32,000 nucleotides of DNA from Candidatus Baldrarchaeota archaeon (lineage in GTDB: Archaea > Asgardarchaeota > Baldrarchaeia > Baldrarchaeales > DXJG01), in the NCBI GenBank assembly GCA_019056805.1, contig DXJG01000006.1, forward strand, positions 1 to 32,000. The letters are read 5' to 3'. This document shows, in pieces, positions 8,836 to 18,668 of the stretch (positions are counted from its first letter, which is position 1; each line of letters starts with the position of its first letter). Both the position numbers and the translations under genes were made by a program. The notes under the pieces are model-generated. The model was not told the origin of the DNA. It did no database searches and saw nothing but the letters and a program-made list of their open reading frames with translations.

Positions 8836-8846
8836 TATAAACTTTT
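8836..8846 (-). promoter_or_regulatory. BRE-TATA upstream of cofC
   Basis: The minus strand reads AAAAGTTTATA in the 137-nt gap between the MFS gene and cofC. Confidence 0.5.
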
Positions 8847-8888
8847 ATTTGAAGCTTCCGTATCCTAGATTTTAAGTGTTTATTAACT

Positions 8889-10217
8889 TTATTTTGTTTC
8901 TGGCATCTTTAGAACAATTAACAGAATACTGTATGCTATAGTCAAAGTGGCGACTAAATACGGTATATTAGGTCCAATAAATGAGTAAATTGCACCAGCT
9001 GCTAAGGTAGTAATACTAGCTGTTATGTTAATTATTAGTCCGATTACGGAATTTATTCGCCCTCGAAATTCTAAAGGAGTAAGATCTGTAGTTATTGCAT
9101 TAATAACAATGAACCAAATGGAAAAACCTATTGATGTTAAACTTACAGCAACCAAAGTCAAGATAAATGGATTAGCTGTTACATAAGGTGTTATAAAAAG
9201 AAGGAAATCACCAAATAATTGGGAAATAGCAGAAACTATGATAACAGGTTTTCGACCAATTTTATCAATAAAAAATCCAGAGGGCAAAGTAACGAGGATG
9301 CCAAGAAAATTACTTACTATGAAAATGTAACCCCAAGTGATTTCATCGATTCCAAGAAAATAGACAGAATAATAAGCTGTAAGAAAGCTCATCGAGGCTG
9401 CTACACTAATAACAACATCTATTAGAAGAAGATATTTCAAATTTTCCTTTATGAAGTTTAAAGCTTTCTTATATCCTTCTTTAAACGATAATTGCTTATT
9501 TTCTAACGATTCTTCTCTAAGCAACGTTTCTTTAAGAAATACTGCCCTAATTATAACAACAGTCATACCGCTAAAGAAAGTTAAAAGATAGGCAAGCCTA
9601 ATTGCTGGGACCAGTGTATATCGAGAGATCAAGTAAATAGCTAAAGCGGGTGAAAACGATGCTATAATACTCGGCAAGAAATTATATAGTGAAAATATTT
9701 TTCCACGTTTTTCTTTTGGTGTAGAATCTGACATTAAACTCCATAAAGCTGGTTGATACATCAAAGCAACGCTTGATAAAAATGCGCCAATAACAAGCCA
9801 AGTCCAATCTGGTGAAAAAGCATAAATCAAATATGATGAACTAACTAATGCAGTCATATAAACAACGATTTTCTTTCTGCCGTATTTATCTGCTACATAA
9901 CCTCCTATAAGTCTTGAAAAGCCAAGAGTTATTGTTGAAACAAAAGAAATCACTGCAAGAATTACAGGAGTAGCCCCTAATTCTTTTGCATATAATTGAA
10001 AGTAAGGATGAGTCATATATTGAAAAGGTGCCCAAATAACCCAACTTAGAACCAGACCAAAAACATTCCACTTATAAATTCTTCTAAGATGTTCTTCGTA
10101 GTGTTCATCGAATTCTTTCATAGCCCTTGTTAAATTAAATATGCTTAAAAATATTTTGCGTCTTACTCTTCTCCCAAATTTAACAAAGCTTTGCAACACA
10201 CCACTTAAAAACTTCAT
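8889..10217 (-). CDS. MFS transporter inside the F420 cluster
   Basis: About 12 TM segments with GGYVADKYGRK and GFFIDKIGRK motifs. An alternative start is ATG 10121 (MKEFD). Confidence 0.9.
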   Translation of the reverse strand: MKFLSGVLQSFVKFGRRVRRKIFLSIFNLTRAMKEFDEHYEEHLRRIYKWNVFGLVLSWVIWAPFQYMTHPYFQLYAKELGATPVILAVISFVSTITLGFSRLIGGYVADKYGRKKIVVYMTALVSSSYLIYAFSPDWTWLVIGAFLSSVALMYQPALWSLMSDSTPKEKRGKIFSLYNFLPSIIASFSPALAIYLISRYTLVPAIRLAYLLTFFSGMTVVIIRAVFLKETLLREESLENKQLSFKEGYKKALNFIKENLKYLLLIDVVISVAASMSFLTAYYSVYFLGIDEITWGYIFIVSNFLGILVTLPSGFFIDKIGRKPVIIVSAISQLFGDFLLFITPYVTANPFILTLVAVSLTSIGFSIWFIVINAITTDLTPLEFRGRINSVIGLIINITASITTLAAGAIYSFIGPNIPYLVATLTIAYSILLIVLKMPETK

Positions 10218-10230
10218 ATAAATAAAATTG

Positions 10231-11157
10231 TTAGAGACTCAAACAGTTTAGAGCTTCTTTTGCAAGTCTTATTTTGTCTTCGAGTGTTTTCATTATGGTG
10301 TTGGTTACGGAAACTTTTATTCCAAGTTCCTCTATTCTATATTTCAAGTCTTTATCAACGTTATCTATAATTAAAACATCAATAATGTCTTTATACACTT
10401 TAGCTACACCGACCGCTGATACTTCGATTCCTAATCCTCGCATTAATTTGTCAGCTGGACCTTTTATAGGTGCTCCACCTACAATGGGACTTATAGCAAC
10501 AATTTTTGCTTCTGTTTTCTTCATAGCTTCTTTTACACCTTTAACAGACAATATTGGGCCTATACTTACAATGGGGTTACTTGGACAAATAATAATTCCA
10601 TCGGCATTCAATATAGACTCTATTACTCCGGGAGCTGGTTCAGCTTTTTCTATACCCTCAAATTTTACATCCAAAACAGGGTCCTGGGCCTTTCTTTTAA
10701 CCAAATATTCTTGGAAATGCATCTCACCAACGTTAGTAACTATCTTTGTTTGCACTCTATCATTTGTCATAGGAATTATTTTCACCTTAACTCCCAAGGT
10801 TTTTCGAATATTCTCCGTAACTTCTGACAGTTTCAACCCTTTTTTCAACAATATTGTTCTATGGATATGAGTTGCTAAGTCTTTATCTCCAAGCATAAAC
10901 CATGTTTCATAGCCATACTTTCTAAGCATATCTAAACAGTTGAAAGTATCTTCACGGATCCCCCAACCTTTTTCTTGATCAACAATGTTTGCAAGAGTAT
11001 AGGTAACTATATCAACGTCAGGAGAAATATGTAGTCCATAAAACTCGATATCATCTGCAGTATTAACTATTGTAACTATTTCTTCAGGTGGAACAACATG
11101 AACTAGTCCTTGTAGAAATCTTGCAGCTCCAACTCCTCCAGCTAATGTAGTTATCAT
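10231..11157 (-). CDS. cofD: 2-phospho-L-lactate transferase (LPPG:FO)
   Basis: LAGGVGAARFL, NTADD, ISPDVD, WFMLGDKDLATH, HFQEY, PSNPIVSIGPIL and GPADKLM motifs. Confidence 0.96.
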   Translation of the reverse strand: MITTLAGGVGAARFLQGLVHVVPPEEIVTIVNTADDIEFYGLHISPDVDIVTYTLANIVDQEKGWGIREDTFNCLDMLRKYGYETWFMLGDKDLATHIHRTILLKKGLKLSEVTENIRKTLGVKVKIIPMTNDRVQTKIVTNVGEMHFQEYLVKRKAQDPVLDVKFEGIEKAEPAPGVIESILNADGIIICPSNPIVSIGPILSVKGVKEAMKKTEAKIVAISPIVGGAPIKGPADKLMRGLGIEVSAVGVAKVYKDIIDVLIIDNVDKDLKYRIEELGIKVSVTNTIMKTLEDKIRLAKEALNCLSL

Positions 11158-11775
11158 TTACCATCCCTCCCAATGTAAAATTTCTTCAATAGGCTTTCTA
11201 GGTGGAGGTAAAGGCTGTTCATCCGGGTAACCCACTTCTATTAATGCTTGAGGTTCCACGTCTTCTGGAATATTTAAAACCTTCCTAACTATTTTCTTTG
11301 CGAAGAGAGGAGCACATCTCCAACATGCACCCAACCCTTCAACATACGCAGCTAGCAATAGGTTTTGAATCGCCGCCGCAACACTTTGAACAGCCATAAC
11401 ATACTCCGCCTTTTGTCTCCTTTCGTCAGGATATTTATCCATATCGCGCATAGTTAAACAAGCAATTATTAAGACCGGTGCACTAATCATTCTCCTAATA
11501 GAGGTTTTAACCCTTTTCTCACATTCCTGTTTTGAAAAACCATTAGCCAAAAGATCTTCCCTAAATTTTTCACCCATACTTATTGCAAGCCTTTCTTTTA
11601 CTTCACGACTTCTTATTATGATAAAATGCCACGGCTGAGCATTATGAGCTGATGGTGCCCATATAGCCGCTTTAATCAGCCTTAACAAAACTTCTTTTTC
11701 AACAGGCTTATCTTTAAACTTCCTAACGGTTCTCCTGTTCTCAATTACTCTATAAAAATATTCAATGTCCTCCAT
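11158..11775 (-). CDS. Nitroreductase-family protein resembling the FbiB C-terminal domain / FbiE (dehydro-F420-0 reductase)
   Basis: RRTVRKF, APSAHNAQPWHF and MAVQSVAAAIQNLLLAA..EGLGACWRCAPLF motifs. Its stop codon abuts the cofD ATG with a 0-nt gap. Confidence 0.8.
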   Translation of the reverse strand: MEDIEYFYRVIENRRTVRKFKDKPVEKEVLLRLIKAAIWAPSAHNAQPWHFIIIRSREVKERLAISMGEKFREDLLANGFSKQECEKRVKTSIRRMISAPVLIIACLTMRDMDKYPDERRQKAEYVMAVQSVAAAIQNLLLAAYVEGLGACWRCAPLFAKKIVRKVLNIPEDVEPQALIEVGYPDEQPLPPPRKPIEEILHWEGW

Positions 11776-11974
11776 GAACCATCATCCCTTCGTATGTAGT
11801 TCTGTTCAATAACTAACTACTTGAAACTTTAGCTAAGCTTAAATTTAAAAGATACGGAAAATAAAACTGTAAAACTGGAGAGATAAAAATTCACATATTT
11901 GTATCTAAAAAAACTCGGAGATTTCATTAATATTAGTCTTGGTTCTTAACATAAAATATTCCTATCTAAAGCTT

Positions 11975-11997
11975 TTAATACAAATTTAATGTATTAA
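11975..11997. promoter_or_regulatory. Inverted repeat TTAATACA-N7-TGTATTAA overlapping a BRE-TATA-like AAAGCTTTTAATA
   Basis: Read directly from the sequence, about 50 nt upstream of the ATG at 12048. Confidence 0.4.
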
Positions 11998-12047
11998 CAG
12001 TATTTTGTCGGAAAATTTATTAGAAAGTTAAGAAACCAATTTATCAC

Positions 12048-12590
12048 ATGAGTGTCCACAGAACGATGGGTACTATAGGATTTATTTTGTCAGCTATTGT
12101 GGATCTCTTAGTCTTAGGCAAAATAACAATATTACATGCGCTTCTCGTATACCCTGTAAACATTATATGTCGATCTGTTAGCTGGGTAACCTTAGGTAGA
12201 GCTTTTAAGAAGGGCTTTTACAAATTGACAGGATTAATCGTACTAATATTAGGCATATTTGTTTTTCTGATGTACACAGTAATAGGAAGGGTTCTGGGAG
12301 CCTTAGAGACGGTTATTCTTATGGTCCTATTGTTATGGATAATATATTCCCTTTTTGAATTCGCATCCTACCACAAGCTCAGGAATTTCACCAAGAAGTT
12401 TAGTCTTGCCAGAATAAGTCTTATAGGAATAATACTAATTACAATTGGAATACTTAGCCAACTTGAACAACCTATGGAACAATGGATATCAGGACCCGTA
12501 ACCCTTGGTTTCCTGTTCCTCGTCGTATCCTCCGTCCTAGCGGCTTCGGGTTTTAGAAAGCTTCCAACAAAGCTAGAAGTGTCAACCTAA
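12048..12590 (+). CDS. Hypothetical multi-pass membrane protein
   Basis: 180 aa with about 6 hydrophobic segments; no family recognised. Confidence 0.7.
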   Translation: MSVHRTMGTIGFILSAIVDLLVLGKITILHALLVYPVNIICRSVSWVTLGRAFKKGFYKLTGLIVLILGIFVFLMYTVIGRVLGALETVILMVLLLWIIYSLFEFASYHKLRNFTKKFSLARISLIGIILITIGILSQLEQPMEQWISGPVTLGFLFLVVSSVLAASGFRKLPTKLEVST

Positions 12591-12684
12591 CAATCGATTA
12601 AACGAAATAAATGAATTAACAGTAAAAAATAATTTACCATGAAATTAAACTATTAGTCAGTAGTAACGTGTTTGAACTGTTATG

Positions 12685-13242
12685 TTATTTTTTGATGTTT
12701 ATTAGCATTTCTTTTACATATTCGACGTTTAGTACGAGTGATACTATTATGGCGGAGATTATGACTTCTATGAAAGCCTTTCCAACGATTTGCAGCGCAA
12801 TAAAGATCAAGCTTAATTGAAATGGAGCTCCACCAACGATAACAGCCCAGAAAACGACCACTAGAATTATGTATGGTGCTTCAACGATTTCCCCAATTAT
12901 TGCGCAGAGTACTGGCCAAAAACTTGGTTTTCTTTCCATAACTCTAAGCTTCTTTGCAACAATACCTGTTACTCCTGCCAATATAGCGTTTCCAATGGGT
13001 ATAAAAGGTCCTGCTCCACCGTAGGACCAGATGGTATATGCCATGATTAGTGAACCTATAGCTCCAGTTATTGCTCCTTCTAAAGGTCCAAGTCCTACTG
13101 CTAGGAGAAAATAGGGAAACTGAACTACCTGAAACACTATTGGAACTGGTCCAGGTATAACTATCCTGAAAAACGATAGAACATTGCTGAGAGCCGCCAT
13201 TATTGCTATCAAAGATAATGTTTTAACATTTAGTTTTTCCAT
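12685..13242 (-). CDS. ECF transporter S-component, substrate unknown
   Basis: IAIMAALSNVL (AxxxA-type helix) and LGPLEGAITGAIG motifs, about 6 TM segments, AGGTGA RBS. No ECF AAT module in the window. Confidence 0.85.
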   Translation of the reverse strand: MEKLNVKTLSLIAIMAALSNVLSFFRIVIPGPVPIVFQVVQFPYFLLAVGLGPLEGAITGAIGSLIMAYTIWSYGGAGPFIPIGNAILAGVTGIVAKKLRVMERKPSFWPVLCAIIGEIVEAPYIILVVVFWAVIVGGAPFQLSLIFIALQIVGKAFIEVIISAIIVSLVLNVEYVKEMLINIKK

Positions 13243-13438
13243 GTTAATTCACCTTTCCCCGGAGATTTGAGGTAACACTTCCTCTCAACCTTTAGCTTTA
13301 AATTTTACTACTCAATTTTGAGAAACTTCGATAAATGGACCAGCGTCAATTCATGTTTTATAATGTTTGTAGAGAAGAGTTAAATTCTGTAAATGTAACC
13401 ATAGTATTGTATTATTAACAATAGCTTGGAGGAATTAC

Positions 13439-13900
13439 ATGAGTGTTGAGGAAAAGCTAAAAGCTATGGGTTTAAGTTTACCTAAACCGCCTAAACCTGT
13501 TGCCGCCTATATACCCGCAGTTAAAACTGGAAATCTAATTTTTATCTCTGGGCAAATCCCTGTTGTTAACGGTGAGCTAAAATACAAAGGAAAAGTTGGT
13601 CAAGGTCTCAGTATCGAGGATGGCTATGAAGCCGCTAAAATCTGTGTTCTAAATGCTCTAAGTATAGTAAAAGATATGGTTGGAAGTTTAGATAAGGTTA
13701 AACGAATTGTAAGAGTTGTGGGTTATGTTAACTGTTCAGACGACTTTGAAGAGCCACATAAAGTTGTTAACGGAGCTTCTGAGCTTCTTGTAGAAATTTT
13801 CGGTGAAAAGGGTAGACATGCTAGACTAGCACTAGGTACAAATACATTGCCTCTTGGAGCCACCATAGAATTAGAAATGATTGTCGAAGTAGAAGAATAA
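13439..13900 (+). CDS. ridA: RidA/YjgF family enamine-imine deaminase (long Rid1-like form)
   Basis: LPKPPKPVAAYIPA, FISGQIP, VVNGASELL, GRHARLALG (catalytic Arg) and IELEMIVE motifs. Confidence 0.88.
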   Translation: MSVEEKLKAMGLSLPKPPKPVAAYIPAVKTGNLIFISGQIPVVNGELKYKGKVGQGLSIEDGYEAAKICVLNALSIVKDMVGSLDKVKRIVRVVGYVNCSDDFEEPHKVVNGASELLVEIFGEKGRHARLALGTNTLPLGATIELEMIVEVEE

Positions 13901-13990
13901 TTGCACAATATAGTCGTTCCTAATGTATTAACGAATTTCCATTATATTCACTAACAACTAAACTAAAGAATTAAAAATATACGGGGAGAG

Positions 13991-15175
13991 GTGTCTTCTC
14001 TGAAAAATTCTAATCTTTTAAATTTTCTAATCTCTCTGATAAAAACACCAAGTCTATCTGGACAGGAAGAAAAGGTAGCAAAAATAGTCTTTAGGGAAAT
14101 GAAAAACTTAGAGTATGATGAAGTGTTTACCGATGAACTTGGAAGTGTCATCGGCATCATAAACAGCAAAAGAGGTAAAGTAATCTGCTTTAATGGTCAC
14201 ATGGATCATGTCCCTGAAGGTGATTTAAACAACTGGAAATATCATCCGTATAGCGGAACGATCGATGGAGATTACTTATATGGACGTGGAACAGTTGACA
14301 TGAAAAGTGCACTTGCAAGCATGATCTATGCAGCAGCAAAAGCCCGAGACAATGAACTATTAAACGGAAGAATTATTGTCGCAGCTGTTGTTTTCGAGGA
14401 GTTGCAAGAAGGAATTGCTATGAAAAACATAGTTGAAAATCACAACATAAATCCTGATGTCGTAATTTTAGGTGAACCAACAAATCTTAACTTAGCGATA
14501 GGACATAGAGGTCGAGTAGAAATAGAAATTACAATACATGGGAAAACAAGCCACGCAAGCATGCCTGAACTAGGTGACAACGCAGTTTTCAAAGCACTAC
14601 CACTCTTACAAGTTTTGAAGAATATTAATAAAGAAATGCCAGAACACCCCGTTTTAGGAAAAGAAACCTTAGCCTTAACCAAAATAATTTCAGAGCCACC
14701 AGAAGGACCAATAATACCTGACAAGTGTAAAATATTTTTAGACAGAAGAATATCAGTATTATCAACAAAAGAAGAAATTCTCTTGGAAACACAGAAAATT
14801 TTAGATTCCATCTCAGACAAATTATCAAAAAATGATGTAGAGTATAAAATTATAGAAACAGAGTTAAAATGCTACACAGGCTACACTCTAAAGACAGAAA
14901 GATTCTTCTACAAATGGATACTAGATAAAGAAAACCCTATAGTTAAAAGGGCAATCAAAGCATTAAAAGAAATAGAATTATCACCAAAAATAATGATATG
15001 GCGTTTCGGAACAGACGGTTCCTACACAGCTGGAGAAAAAGGAATTCCAACCATAGGATTTGGCCCTGGAGACGAAAAATTAGCACATCAACCGAATGAA
15101 CGAATTTCAATAAAGGATGTATACAAAGCGGTAAATGGCTATATCTCGCTAGCAAAAAATCTGTTAAAGACGTAA
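13991..15175 (+). CDS. M20/ArgE-family metallohydrolase, YgeY-like
   Basis: GHMDHV, GRGTVDMK, FEEL, GEPT, GKTSHASMP and FGTDGS...GIPTIGFGPGDE.LAHQPNE motifs. Confidence 0.85.
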   Translation: MSSLKNSNLLNFLISLIKTPSLSGQEEKVAKIVFREMKNLEYDEVFTDELGSVIGIINSKRGKVICFNGHMDHVPEGDLNNWKYHPYSGTIDGDYLYGRGTVDMKSALASMIYAAAKARDNELLNGRIIVAAVVFEELQEGIAMKNIVENHNINPDVVILGEPTNLNLAIGHRGRVEIEITIHGKTSHASMPELGDNAVFKALPLLQVLKNINKEMPEHPVLGKETLALTKIISEPPEGPIIPDKCKIFLDRRISVLSTKEEILLETQKILDSISDKLSKNDVEYKIIETELKCYTGYTLKTERFFYKWILDKENPIVKRAIKALKEIELSPKIMIWRFGTDGSYTAGEKGIPTIGFGPGDEKLAHQPNERISIKDVYKAVNGYISLAKNLLKT

Positions 15176-15223
15176 AAAGCAAACTATCTATGTCATGAAA
15201 TTGGAGGTAAAGGAGGTAGGTTG

Positions 15224-16192
15224 ATGTATCTTGTTCCAACGTTTAAAGATGTGTTAAATGCTAAAAAGATAGTTTCTAAGCATCTTATTAGAACACCGCT
15301 TCTATATTCTAAGCAGCTTTCAAGAATGCTTGAATGTGATGCATATGTTAAATGTGAAAATGTTCAGATCACTGGAGCATTTAAAGTTAGGGGAGGAGTT
15401 AATTTAATTTCTAAGTTATCGGATGAAGAGAAACGTAAAGGTGTAATTGCCGTCTCAACTGGAAATCACGGCTTATCAGTTGCTTATGCAGCCTCACTTT
15501 TCGATGTAGATGCAACGATAGTTATGCCTGAAAAAGCTAATCCATTTAAAGTTCAAGCCATAAAAGATCTAGGAGCCAAAGTAGTTTTCCATGGAAAAGA
15601 CTATGATGAAGCAAAAGAATGGACCGAAAAAGAAGCTGTCAAGAAGGGTTATCGATACATACATTCAGGAAACGAACCATATCTAATAGCAGGTGTAGGA
15701 ACACTATACCTAGAAATACTTGAAGATTTGCCAGATGTAGATGTAATAATAGTTCCAGTAGGTGGAGGAAGCGGAGCTTCAGCAGCATGTATAGTAGCTA
15801 AAACAATAAACCCAAAAATAAAGGTTATAGGGGTTCAGTCAAGCGGGGCACCAGCAGTTTACCTCTCTTGGAAAAACAAGAAAACCGTGAAAATGGACAA
15901 AATAAATACCTTTGCAGAGGGTCTGGCTACAAGAGCCCCCTTCGAACTGACACTAGACATCATGTGGAAGTACTTAGACGATATGATTCTCGTGGAAGAC
16001 GAAGAAATAGCTAAGGCAATAATATTACTGCTTAAAACAATTCATCAAGTAGCTGAAGGAGCCGGTGCAGCCGCAACAGCAGCAGCCCTAAAACTCAAAG
16101 AACAAATAAAAGGAAAAAAGGTAGCATTAATTCTAAGCGGAGGCAACATATCCTTCGACAAGCTAAAAGAAATAATCACAAAATACAGCTAA
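15224..16192 (+). CDS. PLP-dependent serine/threonine dehydratase without a regulatory domain
   Basis: KCENVQITGAFKVRG (PLP Lys), STGNHG, PVGGGSG, AEGAGA and LSGGN motifs. ATG 15224 follows GGAGGTAGG. Confidence 0.9.
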   Translation: MYLVPTFKDVLNAKKIVSKHLIRTPLLYSKQLSRMLECDAYVKCENVQITGAFKVRGGVNLISKLSDEEKRKGVIAVSTGNHGLSVAYAASLFDVDATIVMPEKANPFKVQAIKDLGAKVVFHGKDYDEAKEWTEKEAVKKGYRYIHSGNEPYLIAGVGTLYLEILEDLPDVDVIIVPVGGGSGASAACIVAKTINPKIKVIGVQSSGAPAVYLSWKNKKTVKMDKINTFAEGLATRAPFELTLDIMWKYLDDMILVEDEEIAKAIILLLKTIHQVAEGAGAAATAAALKLKEQIKGKKVALILSGGNISFDKLKEIITKYS

Positions 16193-16213
16193 CTAAAACA
16201 GAATACACCAAGG

Positions 16214-16369
16214 ATGCGAGAGATAGTAATTGCGAATTCATTTATTGCTCCTTTAATCTACGCACTTCTAGTAGAAGCTTTAACACTTCTAGCTTTTCCA
16301 ATAAATGGTCTAATGACATTTCTTATAATAGCAACAATAGGAGCATACATCACATTCTCTAAGCACTAA
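16214..16369 (+). CDS. Putative 51-aa two-helix membrane peptide, not in the ORF track
   Basis: Translated by hand as MREIVIANSFIAPLIYALLVEALTLLAFPINGLMTFLIIATIGAYITFSKH. It is in the same frame as the dehydratase, 21 nt after its stop. Confidence 0.35.
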   Translation: MREIVIANSFIAPLIYALLVEALTLLAFPINGLMTFLIIATIGAYITFSKH

Positions 16370-16443
16370 AATAAAAATAAATACGACAATATTTTTTCCA
16401 ATATTAATTATTATTAAATTAAAAGAAAGTAGGAAGACATTGG

Positions 16444-16456
16444 AAGCTTTTAAATA
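16444..16456 (+). promoter_or_regulatory. BRE-TATA-like promoter of copB
   Basis: AAGCTTTTAAATA, followed by a GGAGGTGG RBS at 16501-16508. Confidence 0.45.
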
Positions 16457-16512
16457 TCTTTTGGAATAAAATCTGATTTACCAAGCTTAAATTTCGTGTA
16501 GGAGGTGGGAAG

Positions 16513-18558
16513 ATGCATGAAAAACATTCCAAAAAAGAACATATGAATCATGAACACCATTTGCATAAACATGAGGAAATTACGGCTCAACCTAAACCAC
16601 ATGCCCATCGTGATCATCATGCTCATATGGCTGAAGAATTCAAGAAAAAATTCTGGATATCACTTATCCTAACTATTCCAATACTTATTCTCTCACCAAT
16701 GATACAATCCCTAATGGGCATACAAATAAGATTTCTAGGAGACATGTACCTACTTTTTGCTCTCTCGAGTATAATATATCTATATGGGGGATTACCTTTT
16801 CTCAAGGGAATGGTCGACGAGTTACGTAAGAAAAGTCCAGGAATGATGACCCTAGTTGCAGTAGCAATCACCACCGCCTATGCATATAGTAGTGTTGTTG
16901 TCTTCGGATTGCAAGGAAAAGTATTCTTTTGGGAGCTAGCAACACTAATCGATATCATGCTTCTCGGTCACTGGATTGAAATGCGCTCCGTACTTGGGGC
17001 ATCCAAAGCACTAGAAGAAATGGTTAAACTGATGCCATCAGAAGCTCACCTCTTAATGGAAGATGGTTCAACAATGGACGTACCGATTGAGAAAATAAAG
17101 CCTGGTGACCGCGTACTAGTTAAACCCGGAGAAAAAATACCCGTAGATGGCATTGTAATTCAAGGACGTACAACCGTTGATGAAAGTATGTTAACGGGTG
17201 AATCAAAGCCTGTTGAAAAGAATGAAGGCGATACTGTCATTGGCGGAGCAATAAATAATGAGGGATCAATAATTGTTGAAGTTCAGAAAACTGGTGCTGA
17301 AACATATCTTTCACAAGTAATTGAACTTGTTAGAGAAGCTCAGGAAACTCGTTCAAAGACTCAAGATTTAGCGAATAGGGCTGCATTCTGGTTAACAATA
17401 ATTGCTCTGGGAGGAGGAGCAATCACTTTCTTAACGTGGATTCTAACAGGGAAAGATGTTGCATTTGCATTGGAGCGCGCTGTCACTGTAATGGTTATTG
17501 CTTGTCCTCATGCATTAGGCCTTGCAATTCCACTAGCTGTAGCAGTTTCAACATCTTTGGCTGCTAAAAACGGTTTACTTATTCGAGAACGTAGTGCTTT
17601 TGAACGTGCTAGAAATTTACAAGCAGTTGTATTCGATAAAACTGGAACACTAACCGAAGGTAGATTTGGTGTAACAGATATTATTTCCCTTTCTGGCAAA
17701 GATGAGAATGAAGTTTTAAGTCTTGCAGCTTCCTTAGAATCACGTTCCGAACATCCAATCGCTCTAGGAATTGTTCAAAAAGCTCAAGAAAGAAATTTAC
17801 CACTTAGAGAAGTAACCGATTTCAAAGCTATTACAGGGAGAGGCATAGAAGGAAAAGTAGATGGAAAGATCGTGAGGGTTGTTAGTCCAAGTTATCTAAA
17901 GGAAAATAATATAAAAATCAGTGATGAAAGGGTTGAAAAAGTTTTCAAGCAAGGAAAAACTGTCGTATTTGTTTTAGAAGACAATCAGGTCATCGGAGCA
18001 ATAGCATTAGCGGATATTATACGTAAGGAATCTAGAGAAGCTATTCAAAAACTAAAAGAAATGGGATTAAAATGCATGATGCTTACTGGTGACAACAAAT
18101 ATGTTGCAAAATGGGTAGCAGAAGAATTAGGTCTAGATGACTATTTTGCTGAAGTACTTCCCCACGAAAAAGCAGCGGTTATTCGAAAAATACAGGAACG
18201 TGGCTTAATAGTAGCGATGGTTGGAGACGGAATAAATGATGCTCCCGCCCTAGCACAAGCAGATATAGGAATTGCAATCGGTGCTGGAACTGATGTAGCT
18301 ATAGAAACAGCAGATATAATCTTAGTTCGCAATGATCCTAGAGATGTAGTTGCAATCATTGGTCTCGCGAAAGCAACCTACAAGAAAATGATTCAAAACC
18401 TACTTTGGGCAACAGGATACAATGCCATCGCAATTCCACTCGCAGCAGGTATCCTCTATGGAATTGGAATACTCTTAACTCCAGCAATAGGCGCTATACT
18501 AATGTCTTTAAGCACATTTATCGTTTCCGTCAACGCACGACTACTTTCCCTGGGATAA
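16513..18558 (+). CDS. copB: Copper-exporting P1B-type ATPase with CPH motif (CopB type)
   Basis: His-rich N-terminus, [35 protein letters not shown] and MSLS motifs. Confidence 0.95.
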   Translation: MHEKHSKKEHMNHEHHLHKHEEITAQPKPHAHRDHHAHMAEEFKKKFWISLILTIPILILSPMIQSLMGIQIRFLGDMYLLFALSSIIYLYGGLPFLKGMVDELRKKSPGMMTLVAVAITTAYAYSSVVVFGLQGKVFFWELATLIDIMLLGHWIEMRSVLGASKALEEMVKLMPSEAHLLMEDGSTMDVPIEKIKPGDRVLVKPGEKIPVDGIVIQGRTTVDESMLTGESKPVEKNEGDTVIGGAINNEGSIIVEVQKTGAETYLSQVIELVREAQETRSKTQDLANRAAFWLTIIALGGGAITFLTWILTGKDVAFALERAVTVMVIACPHALGLAIPLAVAVSTSLAAKNGLLIRERSAFERARNLQAVVFDKTGTLTEGRFGVTDIISLSGKDENEVLSLAASLESRSEHPIALGIVQKAQERNLPLREVTDFKAITGRGIEGKVDGKIVRVVSPSYLKENNIKISDERVEKVFKQGKTVVFVLEDNQVIGAIALADIIRKESREAIQKLKEMGLKCMMLTGDNKYVAKWVAEELGLDDYFAEVLPHEKAAVIRKIQERGLIVAMVGDGINDAPALAQADIGIAIGAGTDVAIETADIILVRNDPRDVVAIIGLAKATYKKMIQNLLWATGYNAIAIPLAAGILYGIGILLTPAIGAILMSLSTFIVSVNARLLSLG

Positions 18559-18668
18559 CAATTTCATTATTTCATTGTTTCCGGAGTTTTTCTTTTGTTA
18601 GCAGATCTACGGTTTATCTCATTTTCCCATTTATTCTTGACAACTTAAAAAAATAAGTGAAATAGGAA

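Noticed and set aside
16513-16632. His-rich low-complexity N-terminus of CopB as a novel repeat
   Set aside because: This is the standard metal-binding extension of CPH-type P1B ATPases.
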